NCBI GenBank assembly: GCA_900756725.1
Contig: CAAELJ010000155.1
Coordinates: 1-60,064, forward strand
DNA from: an uncultured Collinsella sp.
Lineage (GTDB): Bacteria > Actinomycetota > Coriobacteriia > Coriobacteriales > Coriobacteriaceae
Length of the DNA stretch: 60,064 nt
Direction of reading: 5' to 3'
Shown: in pieces, positions 57,309-60,064 of the stretch
Numbering within the stretch: position 1 is the first letter of the stretch
Layout of the letters: each line of letters opens with the position of its first letter
Made by a program: the position numbers and the translations under genes
Notes under the pieces: generated by a model
The model's database searches: none
Told to the model about the DNA's origin: nothing
The model's input: the letters and a program-made list of their open reading frames with translations, nothing else

Positions 57309-58868
57309 ATGAGTGACTTGAGATTCTGCCCGGCGTGCGGGGCGCAGCTGCCTCGGGTCGCCGGCGTGCCGGTGCGATTTTGCCCGGGGTGCGGCGTCCG
57401 ACTTGAGGGCGTCGTGGGCTACTCGGGCGCCGTGGGGGCTACAGATGGGGCGACTGCCGATGACGATGCGGACGAAGGCGGCGACCCGAGTGTGGACGCG
57501 CCGGCCGATGCGCCGGTGGAGACTGCCGGCGTCGCGTCGTCTCGTGACGCAGCCACGACGGATGCGCCTCACATCGGTGACCTTGAGCTTCATGCCGCAT
57601 GCGATACCTCTGGCGGCCAGGCACTCGCGCAGGTGGCGCTGCCGCGGGGCTGGCATATCGAAGAAGCGCATCTTGAGCGCAGCGGCAGTTTCGACTGCCC
57701 GATTTCGGTTGGCGTGACGGCGGCGGGTCCGATGGGTGAGCGGATTATGTACCGCTCCGAGCTCTGCTACGTGGATGCGGGCGCCGTTGCCAAGCGTATC
57801 CCCACGCAAACCGAACGCAAGGTGTTTGTGCACGTGGAGGCAGCTTGCGACGAGCTGGCTCAGGCCTGTGCAGCACGGCTGGGCGCGCGGGCAGAGGTTG
57901 TTGCCGAGCAACCGTACCCATCGAGCGCGGCGGTCGATATCGAGCGCGAGCGTGCCCGCGTAAAGCGCGAGGCGGCAAACGACTTTGCAATCCAGGGCTT
58001 TTCGATGGAACCGAGTGATGTGGTCTATGAGTGCCGCATGCGTCGATATCGGCTCACGGGCGCTCCAGTGCCCACCGAGCTCGCGGTGGCGGCCAAAGTC
58101 GAGGGCTATATGTTTTCAATCGGCGGCGTCGCGGGTTCTATGGGTAAAGGTGTTGCCGCTGGGGCCGAGGCGCTGCTGGGCGCGGGCCTTTCGAGTGGGC
58201 TGATCGGCGGTGTTTTGGGCAAGCGCCTGCGCGAGCGCCAGGCGGCGGCAGCGGCGGGACAGGGCGTCGCGCAAGAACAGCCCACGGGTCGAGGCGGTTG
58301 CCCGGACGGAGCGTCGTTCGAGCTGGGTGCGGCCGACCTGCTGCAGTGGCGTATCAGGGACAGCTTCTGTTTGGTTGCGCCAGAAGGTCGCCTGGACGAG
58401 GCGGCCTCCACGGCGCTTGCATCAATGGCGTCGACTCTGCGGCTCAATCCGGCGATTGCACGCGAGGCGTCAGCTCAAAAGCAACAGATGGTGCTTGAGC
58501 AGCGCCAACGCACGCAGATGAACATTGCCCAGCAGCAACAGCAGTTTGCAGCCTGGCAACAGATGCATGCCTCGCAACAGGCGGCGTTCGACAGCTACCA
58601 GCAGGCGTGGTTCGATCGCAGCGACCGTCAGCACGCCGCGAATATGGCTGCCAGCGCCGCCAATTTTTCCAGCGCGGGCGTGGGGACGGGCGCCGCCTCG
58701 TATTCCGATGCCATTCGCGGGGTCAACCATTACGCCAGACCCGACGGCACCGATGTCGAGGTCTCGGTGATGGCCGACCAGGCCTGGGTCAACGGTTCGG
58801 GCGATGTGATCGGTACACGCGATGGTTTTGAACCCGGTTTTGGCTGGACGGAGCTGCCTCGTCAATAG
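57309..58868 (+). CDS. Hypothetical protein with N-terminal zinc ribbon and Gln-rich C-terminal helix
   Basis: FCPACG..FCPGCG at the N-terminus, QQQQQFAAWQQ region and SDAIRGV motif. Confidence 0.72.
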   Translation: MSDLRFCPACGAQLPRVAGVPVRFCPGCGVRLEGVVGYSGAVGATDGATADDDADEGGDPSVDAPADAPVETAGVASSRDAATTDAPHIGDLELHAACDTSGGQALAQVALPRGWHIEEAHLERSGSFDCPISVGVTAAGPMGERIMYRSELCYVDAGAVAKRIPTQTERKVFVHVEAACDELAQACAARLGARAEVVAEQPYPSSAAVDIERERARVKREAANDFAIQGFSMEPSDVVYECRMRRYRLTGAPVPTELAVAAKVEGYMFSIGGVAGSMGKGVAAGAEALLGAGLSSGLIGGVLGKRLRERQAAAAAGQGVAQEQPTGRGGCPDGASFELGAADLLQWRIRDSFCLVAPEGRLDEAASTALASMASTLRLNPAIAREASAQKQQMVLEQRQRTQMNIAQQQQQFAAWQQMHASQQAAFDSYQQAWFDRSDRQHAANMAASAANFSSAGVGTGAASYSDAIRGVNHYARPDGTDVEVSVMADQAWVNGSGDVIGTRDGFEPGFGWTELPRQ

Positions 58869-58941
58869 CGTGAGGCGGGTTATGTGTGAATCGATGCCGG
58901 GTGTGTTTCTCGGCATGGTGATAAAGAACGGGAAAGGAACA

Positions 58942-59682
58942 ATGATGAGGGAGACGGTACTTTCGCGCACGGCATTTGTCGCGGCGGCGGGAACGGCGCT
59001 GCTGACGCTTGTGGGGTGCGGCGGACAGCGGACGCAGGATGCGACGGGTTTTAACGACGACCGCCCGGTAAAGGACAAGATGGATGCGGGTGCGACGTCG
59101 GGCGATTCCGGCGACGCGGACAGCGGCTCGGCGGATGCGTTCGATACGTGGTCGGATGATTGCTGGGATGCGCACCGCAACATCAGCATCGCGGCGCTCC
59201 TCGAGCTTAAGGGCTGGCAGTTGCAGGAGTTTGCCTCGCAGCAGGGCTATACCTGGCAAGACGCGCTCGAGATGTACGAGGACGAGGCGGGACACGTGCT
59301 CAGCGTCTGCAATATCAGCAAGGACGGCGCGACCGAATGGCTCGGCGAGGACGAAATCGGAAAGCTCGACAAGGGCGGCACCGGAAGCACCGTGATGTTC
59401 ACGCTGCAACTTTCGGGCTATTCGAGCTGCGAGGATGTTATCGCGGGCTTTTCCGTGCCGGTCGAGGACCGGGCGCAGATTACTTCGGGCTCATGGATCG
59501 CGTGCGTATACGGTTCCAACATGGCGCGGCACGTCGCCATGACGAGCCCGATGGAAAACGGTGACTACCGCTTGGATCTCATTACCGAGGAGGCTATCAA
59601 GACCGGTAGGTTTACCCAGGGCGGCGGTGCTCCGACGATAGACGAGTTTTGGCAGGAAAAGACTGGACGCGCGCTCGGCTAG
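58942..59682 (+). CDS. Lipoprotein
   Basis: AAAGGA RBS and the signal SRTAFV...LVGC. Confidence 0.75.
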   Translation: MMRETVLSRTAFVAAAGTALLTLVGCGGQRTQDATGFNDDRPVKDKMDAGATSGDSGDADSGSADAFDTWSDDCWDAHRNISIAALLELKGWQLQEFASQQGYTWQDALEMYEDEAGHVLSVCNISKDGATEWLGEDEIGKLDKGGTGSTVMFTLQLSGYSSCEDVIAGFSVPVEDRAQITSGSWIACVYGSNMARHVAMTSPMENGDYRLDLITEEAIKTGRFTQGGGAPTIDEFWQEKTGRALG

Positions 59683-59717
59683 GTGCGACGTGGCCAATAC
59701 CATAGCGAGGAACGAAC

Positions 59718-60064
59718 ATGATGAATGAAGTGACGATGAACCGTGCGGCCTTTGTGGCAGGCGCGGGTGCGCTGGCTTGTGCGCTGGCTGGCTGCTCGGG
59801 CGGATTGGGCGGCGCGGGCGGTGCCAAGAAGGCGACCACGGCGGACGCCGCCTGTGTAGACGACAACGCCAACGTGACGGTCTATGCTGCGATCAACTTG
59901 GACGGCGCCGACCTGGTGCGCCTGCTCAAGCATCAAAACTATGAGTGGCAAGGCGAGAGCGTGGGCTACGGTGCCGCCGATGACGCGGGACTTTTCGCTT
60001 TTACCTTTTCTAAGATTTCGGATGACGTGGACGAACTTGCGAACAGCGCGATACCGCTTTCGGA
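59718..60064 (+). CDS. Lipoprotein, paralogue of the previous gene (runs off the window; absent from the ORF track)
   Basis: MMNEVTMNRAAFVAGAGALACALAGC..., open to the window end. 11/33 ungapped identities with the upstream lipoprotein. Confidence 0.75.
   Translation, partial: MMNEVTMNRAAFVAGAGALACALAGCSGGLGGAGGAKKATTADAACVDDNANVTVYAAINLDGADLVRLLKHQNYEWQGESVGYGAADDAGLFAFTFSKISDDVDELANSAIPLS

Overview
GC-rich chromosomal window, most likely from a gut Coriobacteriia such as Collinsella (inferred from codon style, a 12-TM LuxR regulator and an NRMT-type transporter). It holds about 47 genes. From left to right: a two-component system with ABC exporters; housekeeping and envelope genes; an MgtE-like/NRAMP Mg2+ operon with a long structured leader; oatA-like; ribokinase and nucleoside hydrolase; a large sugar-catabolic region; a regulatory and SPFH/Zn-ribbon block; and a 12-TM LuxR with downstream lipoproteins. 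No rRNA, tRNA, CRISPR array, transposase or integrase was seen. Two system-level signals stand out. (1) A candidate PTS-fed apioside (apiosyl-glucoside) utilisation regulon: LacI, isomerase, split transketolase, FGGY kinase, two EIIBC, GH1, GH140-like DUF4038, DUF1593 and esterases. It lies in two halves that share TAAAC/GTTTA promoter motifs. (2) Families of intergenic hairpins with GGGAC-containing loops, plus longer inverted-repeat elements. These sit at gene-module boundaries, and in several cases the hairpin or spacer is flipped in place between otherwise colinear copies. All functional calls come from motifs recognised by eye and need database confirmation.
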